Positions 63,388 through 64,000 of a stretch of DNA of 64,000 nt are shown here, piece by piece (position 1 is the stretch's first letter; every line of letters begins with the position of its first letter). Made by a program: the position numbers and the translations under genes. The stretch is from Felis catus (taxonomy: Eukaryota). The stretch lies in the NCBI RefSeq assembly GCF_018350175.1, contig NC_058368.1:198340001-198404000 (forward strand), read 5' to 3'. Under the pieces are notes generated by a model. It saw only the letters and a list, made by a program, of their open reading frames with translations. It was not told the origin of the DNA and did not search any database.

Positions 63388-63616
63388 GGGGCGCCTGGGT
63401 GGCTCAGTCGGTTAAGCAGCCGACTTCGGCTCAGGTCATGATCTCGCGGTCCGTGAGTTCGAGCCCCGTGTCGGGCTCTGTGCTGACAGCTCAGAGCCTG
63501 GAGGCTGTTTCAGATTCTGTGTCTCCCTCTCTCTCTGACCCTCCCCCGTTCATGCTCTGTCTCTCTCTGTCTCAAAAATAAATAAACATTAAAAAAAAAT
63601 TAAAAAAAAAAAAGAA
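63388..63616 (+). mobile_element. CAN-SINE, young, full length
   Basis: TSD aaagtaga at 63380-63387 and 63617-63624. Confidence 0.95.
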
Positions 63617-64000
63617 AAAGTAGAAAGACTATGGTCCCTAGAGTCATTTACCATTAGGTGACTTGGACAAGTTTCTTCATCTCTGGTCCTCATCTATAAA
63701 AAGGAGGTAATTATACATCCTCCTTAGGATTGTTACAAAGATCAAGACAGTACCTGGTACAGAGGAGATGCTCAACTAATTTTATTTTTAGTAGCTGTAT
63801 CTTTTAAATCTTTGTCATTTTTTCTTGTTTATGAATTCAAAGGAAGAATAAGATCTATATTATACAAGCAGTACTTTATCTCACTATCACTAGAGATTAC
63901 TAGTCACCGACCTTGGCCTTAAATCTTACTCAAAACCTTTTAAAATCCAGAAGGTTAGCCCTGAGGCTTCTGACTCTCCTAAAATTCCACAGCCTCTCTT

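Noticed and set aside
255..63581. Recurring ORFs with WVAQSV..PTSAQVMIS..SSPASGSVLTAQSLEPASDSVSPSLS
   Set aside because: These are translations of CAN-SINE copies, not a paralogous gene family.
1..64000. CRISPR arrays, operons, defence systems, intact ERV or L1 ORFs
   Set aside because: No regularly spaced repeat-spacer array and no long ORF; the sequence is mammalian non-coding DNA.

Overview
Mammalian DNA, almost certainly a felid (cat-like), with no recognisable protein-coding gene, RNA gene, CRISPR array or prokaryotic system. The taxon call rests on 30 copies of the tRNA-derived carnivore SINE (CAN-SINE, felid SINEC_Fc type), most with target-site duplications (TSDs). These sit on older eutherian repeats: L1 pieces, L2, MIR, a CR1/L3 RT relic, MaLR/ERVL/ERV1 solo LTRs, MER5/MER20/MER45 DNA transposons and microsatellites. 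Most ORF-track entries are SINE read-throughs or chance ORFs. I do not see a novel biological system. The most unusual structures are two local templated-copy scars. (1) At 44211-44646 a very young SINE appears co-inserted with extra DNA, including a 53-bp inverted copy of an AP-2/TATA-like element from 43045-43097. (2) At 61842-61965 a 44-bp copy of 60454-60497 is followed by fold-back and iterated segments, resembling polymerase-theta repair. A few enhancer-like motif clusters and weak lncRNA-type exon candidates are listed at low confidence. Repeat subfamily names come from recalled consensus features, not a database search.
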